DNA from: Mobula hypostoma
Lineage: Eukaryota
Direction of reading: 5' to 3'
Length of the DNA stretch: 64,000 bases
Assembly (NCBI RefSeq): GCF_963921235.1
Contig: NC_086097.1
Location: forward strand, 84,508,001 to 84,572,000
The stretch's first letter is position 1. Each line of letters opens with the position of its first letter. Under the pieces are notes generated by a model. It saw nothing but the letters and a program-made list of their open reading frames with translations. It made no database searches and was not told the DNA's origin. Position numbers and translations under genes: made by a program. Positions 51,810 through 63,628 of this stretch are shown in pieces.

Positions 51810-53184
51810 CTCTACATCATGATTCCTACCAGCTCACATTGCTTAGCACTGCTCAGCATTTAAATTTCATCTGCCATGCATCAGCCCATCACTGATGGTG
51901 ATCACTATCTCTCTCACTGAAAACATTAGGAAAGTTCCTCCCAGACGATTGCCTTTTTTCAGGCTTCCCTGTCACCACTGGTGATAAATTGTAAAGACTC
52001 CTGGTTATTCACAAACCTTATTCCCCCACAAAAATAATGTGAAATTGTCTTTGTTCCTGTATTGTATAGTTAAGCCTGGGTATCAATATCCTGCTTTTAA
52101 GAATCTCCAAGGCAAGCAATCCCATGGACAGCTTTCCTAAACAACTTTAAAGATGATTGTCCTTTTTCACGACTACAGGACTTAAAATCCTGTGGCATTA
52201 CACTGGATCACCCACACTTAATCCTGCCAGGAATGGTGGAACAGACTCAATGGCCTAATTCTGCTCCTTTATTTTATGTTAAAAAGTGGTGTTCCTATTG
52301 AAGAATTTGGAATACCTGGAGCTCATCCAGAATCATTCTAATTAAGCCGATCCAGAATCAACGGCATGGACACTGCCAGTGACATTTCACCACACTTCTG
52401 GCATGGATCGCGTCCCCGTGGAAAGTCTGGGCTGAAGTTTATTATCGCTTCAGCCAACTTGTCAAGAAAGAAATATTGAGGTAATCGCTCATGCGGATCA
52501 AGTTTATATTTTAATCCAAACCCATCAGTCATTTCCTTTCCACCAAAAGTTTCTCAAGGGTGAGACTGGATAAATTTTCCCCAAACGTTTCACTGACGTC
52601 ATGGAAAACGTCAGGTAAGCTTGAAGTTATAATCCATTTAACCCATACATGTCTTTATGTCAGTAAAGTCACCTTATGAACATTCAGAATAAAGACATGA
52701 TTGTATTGTACATTCAACATCACACAGCCCATGATGTCCAGGATGCATTTTAGTTTAAAGTTGGTTTGCTTCACTCAACTTCACAGCGTGGGCAAGTGAC
52801 TCAGATGACAAAGGGAACTATAGAACACTTAGAGATCAGTAAACATAGTTTGATGAGTTTTAAAATAGCTATAGAATAGCACAGATCTGGTCCAGAGGTT
52901 TAAGTTCTAAATTGGGGCATTGCAAGATGTTGATGGTGTAAGAATGGAGCTTGCGAAGGGTGCTTAAGGGATGTTTGGCAACTGGGAAATTTATAAACAT
53001 GTGATAAAGAGAGCTCAAGGTCTGCATATTCTTTTTGAAGTAAAGTGCACGGCTGGTTGGAGTTGGGAACTCTGGATGATGAGATATATTGAGAATCTAG
53101 CCGGGATAAGGAGGCATGGGTCAGGTACAGACAGTGGGGATCAAGTGAATCCCTGGAGAAGGATTCAGGAGTGTACTCAAGAAG

Positions 53185-53832
53185 GAATTCAGTTCAATTC
53201 AGTTTTCCTTTATTGTCATTTAGAAATGCATGCATTAAAAAATGATATAATGTTCCTCCAGAATGATAGCACAAGAAAACACAGGACAAACCACATAATT
53301 ATTTCATATAGTTACAACAGAGCAAAGTAATACCATACTTTGATAAGGAGCAGACCATGGGCACGGTGAAAAAAAGTCTCAAAGTCCCGATAGACTCATC
53401 ATCCCACGCAGGCGGCAGAAGGGTGGAACTCTCCCCACCATGAACATCCAAGTGCTGCCAACTTGCTGATGTAGCACCATTGGAAGCACCCAACCACAGC
53501 GGACTCTGAGTCCGTCCAAAAACTTTGAGCCTCCGACCAGCCCCTCTTACACAGCCTCTCCGAGCACCATCCTCTGCCGAGTGTTTCGACCCCACCCTGG
53601 CTGCCAAGCAACAAGCAAAGCCGAGGACTTGGGGCCTTCTCCTCTGGAGATTCTGGACCGCACAGTAGCAGCAGCAGCGAAGCAGCATTTCAGAAGTTTC
53701 ACCAGATGTTCCTCTGTGCTCTCACATCCGTCTCCATCAAATCAAGATAGTGCACGGCACCCTACTTGACAAATAAAGGACATCACCACTGGAGTGGCTG
53801 CTGTGAGCTGCATCGCGCCACCATCTTCCCGC
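53185..53832 (-). mobile_element. Non-autonomous retroelement of about 650 bp inside CR1
   Basis: 5' end GGGAAGATGGTGGCGCG; 3' end GACAATAAAGG followed by a (CTGAA/TTGAA)n tail. Confidence 0.6.
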
Positions 53833-54174
53833 CACCAGACGGGAAAATCAGTTGAGCAAAGAGAGAGCAGGAAATACTGTAGCTTTGGCAAAGAAAATTA
53901 AGAAGCATCTAAAGAGATTACATAAGTATATTAAATAAGTAATATAAGTATATTCAAGAAACGGGAGAGAGAATGGGGCACCCAAAAGACAAAAGGGGTT
54001 TGCAGGAGATGGGCAAGGTGTTCAATGAATATTCTTCCTTGGTTTCTACTGTGAAGTAAGACATGAAGATTCAGGGAAAGTTAGTGGAGAAGTCTTGGGG
54101 TTAGTCCATATTACAATAGTGGAGGTGCCGGGCATTTTAAAATGAATGAAGGGAGATAAATCTCCAGAGCCTGA

Positions 54175-54371
54175 AACAAACAAGAGAAAATCTGCAGATG
54201 CTAGAAATCCAAGCAACACACATAAAATGCTGGAGGAACTCAGGAGGCCAGGCAGCATCTACGGAAAAGAGTACAGTTGACACTTCAGGCTGAGACCTGA
54301 TGAAGTTGACTGTACTCTTCTCCTTAGATGCTGAGTTGCCTGCTGAGTTCCTCCAGCATTTTGTGTGTGTT
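54175..54371. mobile_element. Fold-back (hairpin) Penelope-terminus mini-element
   Basis: Perfect 14-bp TSD TCTCCAGAGCCTGA (54161-54174, 54372-54385); inverted arms of about 65 bp. Confidence 0.85.
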
Positions 54372-54734
54372 TCTCCAGAGCCTGACCTGGTTTATCCAAG
54401 AACACTGTGTGAGGTGAGAAAAGGAATTTTAGGAGCCATGGCTGAGAAATTTGCATCATTGTTAGCCACGGGTAACATGCCAGTAGATTGGTGGGTAGTG
54501 AATGTTGTGCATTTAAGAAGGACCGCAAAGAAAAATTGGGAACTATAGAATAGTAATTCTAATACATGTGATAGATAAGTTGCTGGAGAGGATTTTGAAG
54601 ACAAGGGTTGATTACGGGTAGTCAGTATGGCTTTATGCTTTGTAGAGTATTCTTTATAAACTTTATTGAATTTTTTTGATGATTTCACCATAAAGGTCAA
54701 TAAGGGGAGGACAGTAGGCATGATCTATATGGAT

Positions 54735-55410
54735 GAGGTTGACAACGCACCGACCAAGAAGGGATCAAACAAGTTGTCCTTCCACATATTCGAAATATCT
54801 TGCAAATTACGGCCAACTGCTCCGAGAACATAGAAGCCAACAGCAATGTTGAGGAGACCAAAAGAACAAACCAAGCTATTAGACAAAACCAATGTGGTCT
54901 ACAAAATCCATTGCGGGGACTGCAGCAAATATTACATCAGCCAAACTGGGGAAACCTAGCCACAAGGATCCATGGACATCAAATGGATGTAAAACAACCT
55001 GACGAACTCTCGCGAGTATCGACCAATGAAGATTGAGAAGAGCGCAAATTTGACTGGGCATCAGTGAAAGTCCTGGTGCAAGCGAACAAGAGAGTTCCTA
55101 AAAGTGTGGTTTTCTGTGACCGATTCTGTAAACAAGCACATGGACCTCGATCGTATATATGAGCCAATGTGGGCAAAATTCCTGACCACAATGCACAAAG
55201 TTTTCCAGATAGCCAATCAGTGATGAGATTTCCTCCCCACATCACAACTGAGTTGGCAAAATGACATCCCGTCAGCTGATTGAAAAGTATATAAAGGCCA
55301 AGCATTCGGAGGACACACCACAATTAACAGCACACTGACAATGTCTCCTCGCACGGTGACAAAACACTTGCAAGTAAATTGCCAAGATCAGAGAACAACT
55401 CAACCCAACT
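54735..55410 (+). mobile_element. Penelope family 2 fragment
   Basis: NVVYKIHCGDCSKYYISQTG; terminus similar to 28750-29108. Confidence 0.8.
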
Positions 55411-56525
55411 GTCTGTACTCCAGTAAAGCCTTTAATGAGGTTCCACATGGTAAACTGCTTTGAAAGATTAGATTGTATAAAATTAGGGAGAGTTGGTTAA
55501 ACCGGATACACAATTGGTTTAATGCTAGGAAACAGACAGTAATGATGTAAGGTCGTAATTAATGGTGTACCTCAGGGGTCGGTTCTGGGACATTGTTGTT
55601 TGTCATCAATATCAAAGATTTGGATGTGAATGTACGAGGCATGGTTAGCAAGTTGCCAATGACTGTAAAATAGGTGGTATTATGGACAGTGAAGAAAGTT
55701 ATCAAAAATTATAGAGGGATCTTGATCAGCTGAGTAAAAGCAAGTGGAGTTTAATTCAGATAAATGTGAGTGGTTGCATTTTGGAAAGCTCAATCAAGGT
55801 TAGGACTTTCAGAGTGTATGTTATCCCTAGGGGAATGTCGTAGGATGGAGGGACCTTATAGCTCAGATACATGATCCTCTGAAAGTGGAGTCAAAGGGAG
55901 ACAGGATTGTGAAGAAGGCTTTTGGCATGTTGATCTTCATCAGTCAGGGCACTGAGTCTAAATGTTAGGAAGGCATGATGCAGTTGTACAAGACATTAGT
56001 GAGAACATACTTGTTCAAAGTTTAAAGTTCAAAGTAAATTTATTATAAAGTATATATATGTCGGAGATTCATCCAAAAACCATAACAGAATTAACGGAAG
56101 ACCACTCCTAAAGGGTGGACAACCAGGGTGCAAAAGACAATAAACCGTGTAAATACAAAGGAAGAAAAAAGAAATAATTGCAACCCTCCACTGGTACTCA
56201 TATACCAACTTGGCTCGTTAGCTAACTCTGCTAACAGCCGCCTGACTCAGCGGTGAGAAGGCCATCTTTCATAAGCAATATACGTCTGGGGTTGGTATGA
56301 TTTGGAGCTCAACCAAACAAGAATGTCAGGATGTTCCAAATGATGGAAACTCGATTTGAGCAAATTCTGTATAAATACTGCCCATACACAATTATCGGAG
56401 GCCAGAAATGACAGATAATACACCAGCATAAAATTATAAAGTATATGTACTGAATTTACAGTTACTGAAAAAAAAGGAAAAATGAAAAGGCTCATTACAG
56501 TTAAACAGTCCAATATGTACATAAA

Positions 56526-57059
56526 CCATGGTTTTCGGTCCGGCGCCGGACGCTTGGAGCGATTCGGTGGGAGGCGGGTGTCTGGTGCTCGGCTGGGGGC
56601 CGTGGTCGGCGACTTGGGCCGGGCCCCCCACCGGACTTAGTCTGGTAAGGAGGGTGTGAGGACACCCAGCAGGACTTAAAAAAAGACCTGACAAAGGGCG
56701 GATGAGCTCCTTGTGATCCAATGGCCATCTTCCATGGAAGAGATTAAAGCCTCACCACGTATCTACGAATCGTATGCTATGCACCTAGTTAGAAGAGACA
56801 TGATGAAATTGGGCGCTGCACCGTGTGCCTGGACCTGCCCAAGGCCTCCGCCTAAGGAAGGGCCGAGCTCGAAGAAGCGGCCGCGGCTGGAGGCCGACAC
56901 GACCTCGGGCTCGAGTTCAGCAGGGGCGGCGGCAGGCGATGCCAAGGTGGCTAGCAAGAACAAACTGGAGGAGAAGCTCTACTTGGTGCTGTCACAAGAC
57001 TGAAGAAGATGGAGGTGCATAGCTGCCAATCCTGGATTCGGGACAGCACCCACTGACTG
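56526..57059 (+). mobile_element. Chimeric short retroposed insertion (RTE-like 3' end plus captured host sequence)
   Basis: 11-bp TSD ATG(T/C)ACATAAA (56515-56525, 57060-57070); VRRDMMKLG...LSQD*RRWR resembles the RTE ORF C-terminus; ACTGACTG tail. Confidence 0.65.
56815..56992 (+). pseudogene. ZFTRAF1: Circularly permuted 178-bp fragment of the ZFTRAF1/CYHR1 N-terminal coding region
   Basis: 56851-56992 encodes PKEGPSSKKRPRLEA...[12 protein letters not shown]+T and 56815-56850 is GC+[11 protein letters not shown]; joined they give [22 protein letters not shown], versus recalled human [22 protein letters not shown]. Confidence 0.85.
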
Positions 57060-59149
57060 ATGCACATAAAAATTGGAGCTCATTTCTGGAGTAGTCTGGG
57101 GTGGATCATTTCACTCACATGCTGAACCCATGTTCTGCGTGAAAGCACCTGCCACAGTCTGAATTTCCCTCAAAGACCATCTCAAATGAACTGCCTCTCT
57201 CAAGAGTATTGGCCCTTCTTCCTTGGAGTTACTCATCTGCACAAAGCACTTCTTGCCAGGAGACTCTCCTTCCACCGGCATTCTGCAGCATCTTCCCTTG
57301 TGTTCCGCTCCACAGTTCCTGCTAACAGGACCCCAAACCAGATGACTGTCCTTCAGAAATCTCTTCCTGCCCAGCTTTCTAGAACCTTAGCTACATCTCA
57401 CAGTCCTGACTGGCTGACACAACATTCCTAGGTTGGACAATATGACTTCTTATTTTTAACTGAAGCTAAAACACTCTTACCAGCAGGATACACTGCTTTT
57501 ACAGAAAACTGCTAACATAAAATACCTCATAGCATAGTGGTAGAAATCTTAACCGGGGCATTACATATAAATAATAATAAATAGATCAACAGTAAGTATC
57601 AAAACATGAGATGAAGAGTCCTTGAAAATGAGTCCATAGGATATGGGAGCATATCAGTGATGGGGCAAGTGAAGTTCTCACCTTTGGTTCAAGAGCCTGA
57701 TAGTTGAGGGGTAATATCTGTTCCTAAACCTGGTGGTGAGAGTCCTGAGGCTCCTGTACCTTCTTCCTGATTGCAGCAGTGAGAATAGAGCATGACCTGG
57801 GTGGTGAGGGACCTGGCAATGGTTGCTGCTTTCCTGTGACAATGCTCCGTGTAGATGTGCTCAATGGTTGGGAGGGCTTTACCCATGATGGACTGGGCCA
57901 TATCCACTACTTTTTGTGGGATTTTCTGTTGAAGGGCATTATATTTCTATACCAGGCTGTGATGCAGTCAGTAAGTATACTCTCCACTGCACATCAGTGG
58001 AAGTTTGTCAAAGTTTTAGATGTCATGCCGAATCTTCACAAACTTCTAAGGAAGCAGAGGTGCTACCATGTTTTCTTCACAATTGCACTTACATGCTGGG
58101 CGCAGAATGGATAGGTCATCTGAAATAATAACACTGAGGAACTTAAATTTGCTAACCCTCCCCAACTCTGATCCTTGGAGTATTGTGGAGTAGTTTGAGT
58201 ATTGTGTTCAGTTTTGGTCACCCTGCCATAGGCAAGATCTGAAAAAGATGCAGAAAAGATTTGCAAATACGTTGCCAGGATTCAAGCGAATGAGTAAAAG
58301 AGAGCTTGGGCAGGTTAGGACTTTTCCCATGGGGTGTACGAGACTCATAGGTGATCTTATGGAGGTATCCTGGTGATCTTAAAATATCAAAGAGGGGTAT
58401 CAACAGGGTGAATGCACTTTTTCCCACATATTGGGGATTCAAGAACTAGAGGGAATAGGTTTAAAGGAGAGGGGAAATATTCAATAGGAACCTGAGGGGT
58501 ATCTATTTAACATACAGGGTGGTATGTATGTGGAATGAACTGCCAAAGGAAGTGGATGGGCTTGGTACAATAGCAACTTTTAAAAGGTATTTGGACAAGC
58601 ACAGGGATAGAAATGCTTTAGAAGGTTATGGGCCAAACACTGGCAAATATAGGGTCAATTTGGATGGGCATCTTGATGAGCAAGAACTAGTTGGGCAGAA
58701 GGGCCTGTTTACAGGCTTTATGAACCTTTGACTCTATGACTGTGGCTACCAAGTGTCTGGAACAGTATAAGAGCATTGTACAAATATTTGGCCACTTTTC
58801 TAACCACAGGATAAAGTTCTTTTTTCATACTTTAATGGATCCCTCATCTATCAACTGCTGTTCACTGTTCCATTTTCCATTATCTGAAAATGGAAGTATT
58901 CAATTTCTGATTACTTCTCCACAGCAATTAACCCTAACTATGAGGCAAGGAGTAAAATCCTTGGTAGCCCCATTTGGAAAAAAAATGCAGACAGTTGCTC
59001 TCAAAAGTACTAATAAATAAGTTAACTAAGAACAACTTGGCATTATTACAAATAAAAAGTAAGATTATGGGACAAAAATGGATATATCTTTCACAGACTT
59101 GGGTCATTTCTAGGCACTGCTGGTAAGAGTTCTTTGTGATAAAACTCTA

Positions 59150-60730
59150 GGTACAAGATGATGTAAACAGAAAATATGAGCCATTATACCATTCAATATA
59201 ATCATAACTAATCACCCAAATTCAGTACCCTACCCAAGCCATCTCCCACAGCCCTTAATCTCTATCATCACTGGAACTATTTCCAACTTGTTCCTGAAAA
59301 CATTTAGTGATTTTTGTTTCAACGTCCTACTGTGGTAGAAAATTCCACAGGTTTACCATTCTCTGGGAGATGCAATTTCTCCATAGATCAGTCTTAAATG
59401 GCTTTACCCTTATCCTTAGACTGTAACACTTGGTCCTGGACATCCAGCCTGCATCAAATCTGTCCAAGCCTTTATAGCCAATGAAAAAATAGATCCCTTT
59501 GTACAATAGAAAAAGCAGTTTGCACCCAATTTCACCACCTCCTCTGTTAGCAAATTCCAGATGTCAATTAGTCTACATTTTAAAAAAACATGCCTCAAAT
59601 CATCTTTAAAATCTTGTACCTCTCACCCTAAAACTATGTCATCTTGTTCTTGATGCACCTATATAGAAAAATGATTTAGACTATTTACCCCATCTAAGTC
59701 CCAAATAATGTTATAAACTTCTATCAGGATACCCCTCAGTCTCTTTCATTCAATGATAAGTAAGCCCAATCTATCCACTCTGTCCTGAAACTAAAATCTT
59801 CTAGTTCAGGCAATGTCCTGGTGAATCTCCTCATCACAATCACATCCTTTCCTTATAACCACATCTTCCCATAGTGTAATGACCAGCACTGCACACAATA
59901 ATTCACATTCGATACTTGAGTGTTTTGCAAGCTTTCAACATAACATTCCCACTCTTATGTTCTATGTCCTAACTGGGAAGGCAAGCATGCCCTGCACCTT
60001 CTTCACCTCCCTGTGCAAGGAAATAAGGACTTGGACACCGTAGGTCTCTCTGTTCATTAACATTCTACAATTTCCTGTATATGTTCTAACACTAATTGAT
60101 TTCCTAAATTCCATCAGATTGCAATTGTCAAAATTAAATTCTACTTGTTAACTTACTTATTTACTTAAGCCCATCACCCCTTCTGGTAATAGGCTGCCAA
60201 CAGCAGCTCACTAGAGTCCTCCGTTCTGGGCCAGTTTTTCACTTCTGGGTGAAGATCCTTCCTCTTCCAGGGATGAGGTCCTTGGAGCTCTTGATGGTGT
60301 TTCTGTAGCACTGATGGGTTTTAACCGCATTGGGTTGCTAGCCCCATGCAAACCCTTCTCCTTTTGCAGCTGGGCTTGGGAACACCCAAAGTGGAGTTTA
60401 CTTGTTGACACTCCACCCAAATTTCCACCGGATCATGTATCCTCTGATGTCTTAGACCTTTCTTGCAAGCGACACCACCACCAATTTTCACGCTATTTGC
60501 AAACTTAGTAATCATTCCTCCTACATTCACAACCAAGTATACAACACAAAATCAAGTGCCCCAGCATCAATTCCTGTCGTACACCAATGGTCACAGACTG
60601 TTCTGCATTCCTGCTCCATCCTCTGCCTCCAAGAAATTTTGGCTCCAGATAGCCAGGTCACCCAGGATCTCATGTGCCTTTATTTTCTTGACCAACCTAC
60701 CATGTTGGATCTTGTCAAATATCTGTAAGT
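59150..60730 (-). mobile_element. CR1 fragments with an RTE-like short element nested at about 60150-60400
   Basis: FDKIQHGRLVKKIKAHEILGDLAIWSQNFL; CAGGCAATGTCCTGGTGAATCTCC; nested element with (AAGT)n tail. Confidence 0.75.
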
Positions 60731-62019
60731 GAAGCTTATGAGAGGGTACATAATAAAAGATAATAATGGAAAAACCTTGTAGATTTGAATAATGAAAGAA
60801 GATCACTTAAAAGATTTTCCCAGGCATAACCATGGAAAAAACAGATATGGCAATGAAGACTTTGGAAGGATGGCGTGGTTAGGGACATATATATTCTCCC
60901 ATCTAGGTGAAAGGATTGATGAGGAGCCCTTATCCACCACAATCTTACACATGGAGGTAAAAAGAATGACAATAACTTCTGGAGATCTGAAAACGCCCTT
61001 TTATCCATTCTGGGCATTGCTGTTAAGGGAAGCATTTATTGCCCTGGCCTAGGAGCCCATGTGCAGCAAGTCACCTATTTGAACCCCTTCAGTGAAAGTA
61101 ATTCAACAATGTGCTTCCAAAGTGATCTCCATAATTAGGACTAAACCACACTGTAGAAAGAACAATGCATCTCCTATATGTTTGAAAGATTTACTCCCCA
61201 AGTTTGCAAGTGAAAAATAGTCTCTATGGTAATAAATTTATCAACTTCATGTCACCAGATTCAGCCCTGGCTACAAAGCGTCTTTAAAGGAAGCAGCTAC
61301 AGAAACCATAGTTCTTTCTCCATGCATTTCCCTTTATCTTACACATGAAAATAATGAAACCATGTAATAATTGAGAAGTTCAGAAGACTTGGCTAAGGGA
61401 GTTTACTTCTATCTCTGCAGAAATGATTCATATTGTTTTGCAAATAATATATATTTTATTATTTCTCCCTGAAATTCTGTAACAGATATTCTAGAGTCTT
61501 AAATCATATCACAATGCTTGATCTCTTTAGTTGAACTTGACGCACATATGAAGTGAATTAATTACATAAAATTGATCTTTCCGTATTAGGAGAGACTGAA
61601 CACTTTCTACATTTTGTTCACAGAATTAATCCATAATATGGAATTGTCCACATTCAGCACTATTGAAATGTATAATCTTTTTGTTGACCTGCTCATAATC
61701 CAAAACCCAAGTTGGGTGACAGAATAAATTGCAAAACAGTTTAGGTGTACTCTAACCTGGGTCCAAATCAAAGTGAAGACGAAATAAGGGAGAGAAAGTT
61801 TTTGCATGTATTGCCATGGTTTGCATTGGATATGGGCCCATGGGATGTACAGGTTAATCTGCAGTTAGAAGTCTGAAGCTATCGGAAAGTGGACACCTGG
61901 ATATCCACGCAAATTAATGAGATAAAGAAGGCAAAATTGAAGAGGTCAATTCATTGGTATTGGTTTAATATTGTCATATGTACTGAGATACTATCAAAAG
62001 CTTTTGTTTGTGTCCCATA

Positions 62020-63100
62020 GATAAAGACCAAGGAACTGATTGTAGACTTCAGGAGAGGAAAAATAGAGGATCATTGGAGGATCAGAGGTAGGGAGAGATA
62101 GCAACTTTAAATTCTTTGGTGTTACCATTTCAGAGGACATATCCTGGACCCAGCATGTACATTCAATTGCGAAGAAAGCACAGCAATGCCTCTACTTCCT
62201 TACGAGCCTGCAAAGAATTGGCATGTCATCAAACACAATCACAAAGTTCTATAGATGTGTTGTGGAGATTATATTGATTGGCTGTATCATGGCCTGGTAT
62301 GGAAACACCAATGTCTCTGAATGGAAAATCCTACACAAGGTCGTGGATTTGATCCAGTGCATAACAGTAAAGCGCTGCCAACTATTAAGAACATCTACAT
62401 GAAATGCTGTCATAGGAAAACAACATCCGTCAGAGATCCTCACTACCCAGGCTATACTCATTTTTCACTGCTGCTATCAGGTAGAAGGTACAAGAGCCTC
62501 AGGACTTGCACCACCAGGTTCAAGAAGAGTTACCACCCTTCAACCATCAGGCTTTTGAACATAAGGGGATAGCTACACTCACTTGCCCAGCCATTGACCA
62601 TAAGACCATAAGATATAGGAGCAGAAGAAGGCCATTTGGCCCATTGAGTCTGCTCCACCATTCAGTCATGGGCTGATCCAATTCTTCCAGTCATCCCCAC
62701 TCCCCTGCTTTCACCCCATACCCTTTGATGCCCTGGCTAATCAAGTACCTATCTATCTTTGCCTTAAATACACCCAATGACTTGGCCTCCACAGCAGCTC
62801 ATGGCAACAAATTCCACAGATTTACCACCCTCTGACTAAAGTAATTTCTCCAAGTATATTCGTAGTTGCTTGGATGCAACAGGCAGCTGTGGAATTCCTA
62901 CAAAATAGATATATAGAACGCAACTGGGTGACCAAAAACCATCATAGAAATTCACAAAATTTATAATATTGAAAACAACTCATTTTGTAATTTACCCTCT
63001 GGTCAAGTAAATATTCCTGGTCGCATGTCATCTTGTTCTCATTGAGATGTTCCCACAACTAATGATTTCACTTTAAGGACTCTTTATCTTGTTATTTCAT
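62020..63100 (+). mobile_element. Rex1/Babar LINE 3' half, with a minus-strand CR1 3' end nested at about 62597-62850
   Basis: KTKELIVDFRR, FKFFGVTISEDISW, FYRCVVE, SGRRYKSLRTCTTRFKKS; CCATAAGACCATAAGA tail. Confidence 0.85.
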
Positions 63101-63628
63101 CAGAATCAGAATCATGTTTATTATCACTGGTATGTGACATGAAATTTGTTAACTTGGCAGCAGCAATTCAATGCAATACATAATCTAGCAGAGGAAAAAA
63201 ATGATAAATAAAATAAAAAAAGTAAATCAATTATATATATTAAATAGATTTTAAAAATGTGCAAAAACAGAAATACTGTATATTTTTTTAAAAAGTGAGG
63301 TAGTGTCCAAAGATTCAATGTCCATTTAGGAATCGGATGGCAGAGGGGAAGAAGCTGTTCCTGAATCGCTGAGTGTGTGCCTTCAGGCTTCTGTACCTCC
63401 TACCTGATGGTAACAGTGAGAAAAGGGCATGCCCTGGGTGCTGGAGGTCCTTAATAAAGGACACTGCCTTTCTGATACACCGCTCCCTAAAGATATCCTG
63501 GGTACTTTGTAAGCTAGTACCCAAGATGGAGCTGACTAGATTTACGACCTTCCTCAGCTTCTTTTGGTCCTGTGCAGTAGCCCCTCCATACCAGACAGTG
63601 ATGCAGCCTGTCAGAATGCTCTCCATGG
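63101..63628 (-). mobile_element. Rex1/Babar LINE 3' fragment
   Basis: ESILTGCITVWYG...HPGHALFSLLPSGRRYRSL...RFRNSFFPSAIRFLN. Confidence 0.9.

Larger units (their letters stand above)
56179..57565 (-). mobile_element. Probable solo LTR of about 850 bp carrying an internal 534-bp insertion
   Basis: TGCAACCC...GGGGCATTACA termini; interrupts a Rex 3'UTR; TSD not exact (AT-rich target). Confidence 0.6.
56013..58172 (-). mobile_element. Rex1-like LINE 3' part (56013-56178 and 57566-58172) split by a solo LTR
   Basis: DMAQSIMGKALPTIEHIYTEHCHRKAA; 3'UTR is continuous across the LTR. Confidence 0.8.
52950..58735 (+). mobile_element. Long CR1 LINE ORF2 relic fragmented by at least four insertions
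   Basis: KSPEPD/..YPRTL; YMD (about 54730) resumes as SKAFNEVPHG (about 55420); GVPQGSVLG; GAGTATTGTGTTCAGTTTTGG at 58197; WNELPKEV...TFKRYLDKH. Confidence 0.85.

Noticed and set aside
56713..57003. 96-aa ORF as a functional ZFTRAF1 exon or gene
   Set aside because: The blocks are in permuted order and different frames, there are no splice signals or further exons, and it lies inside nested repeats.
60792..61052. 86-aa ORF in non-repeat sequence
   Set aside because: No recognisable homology or convincing splice signals.
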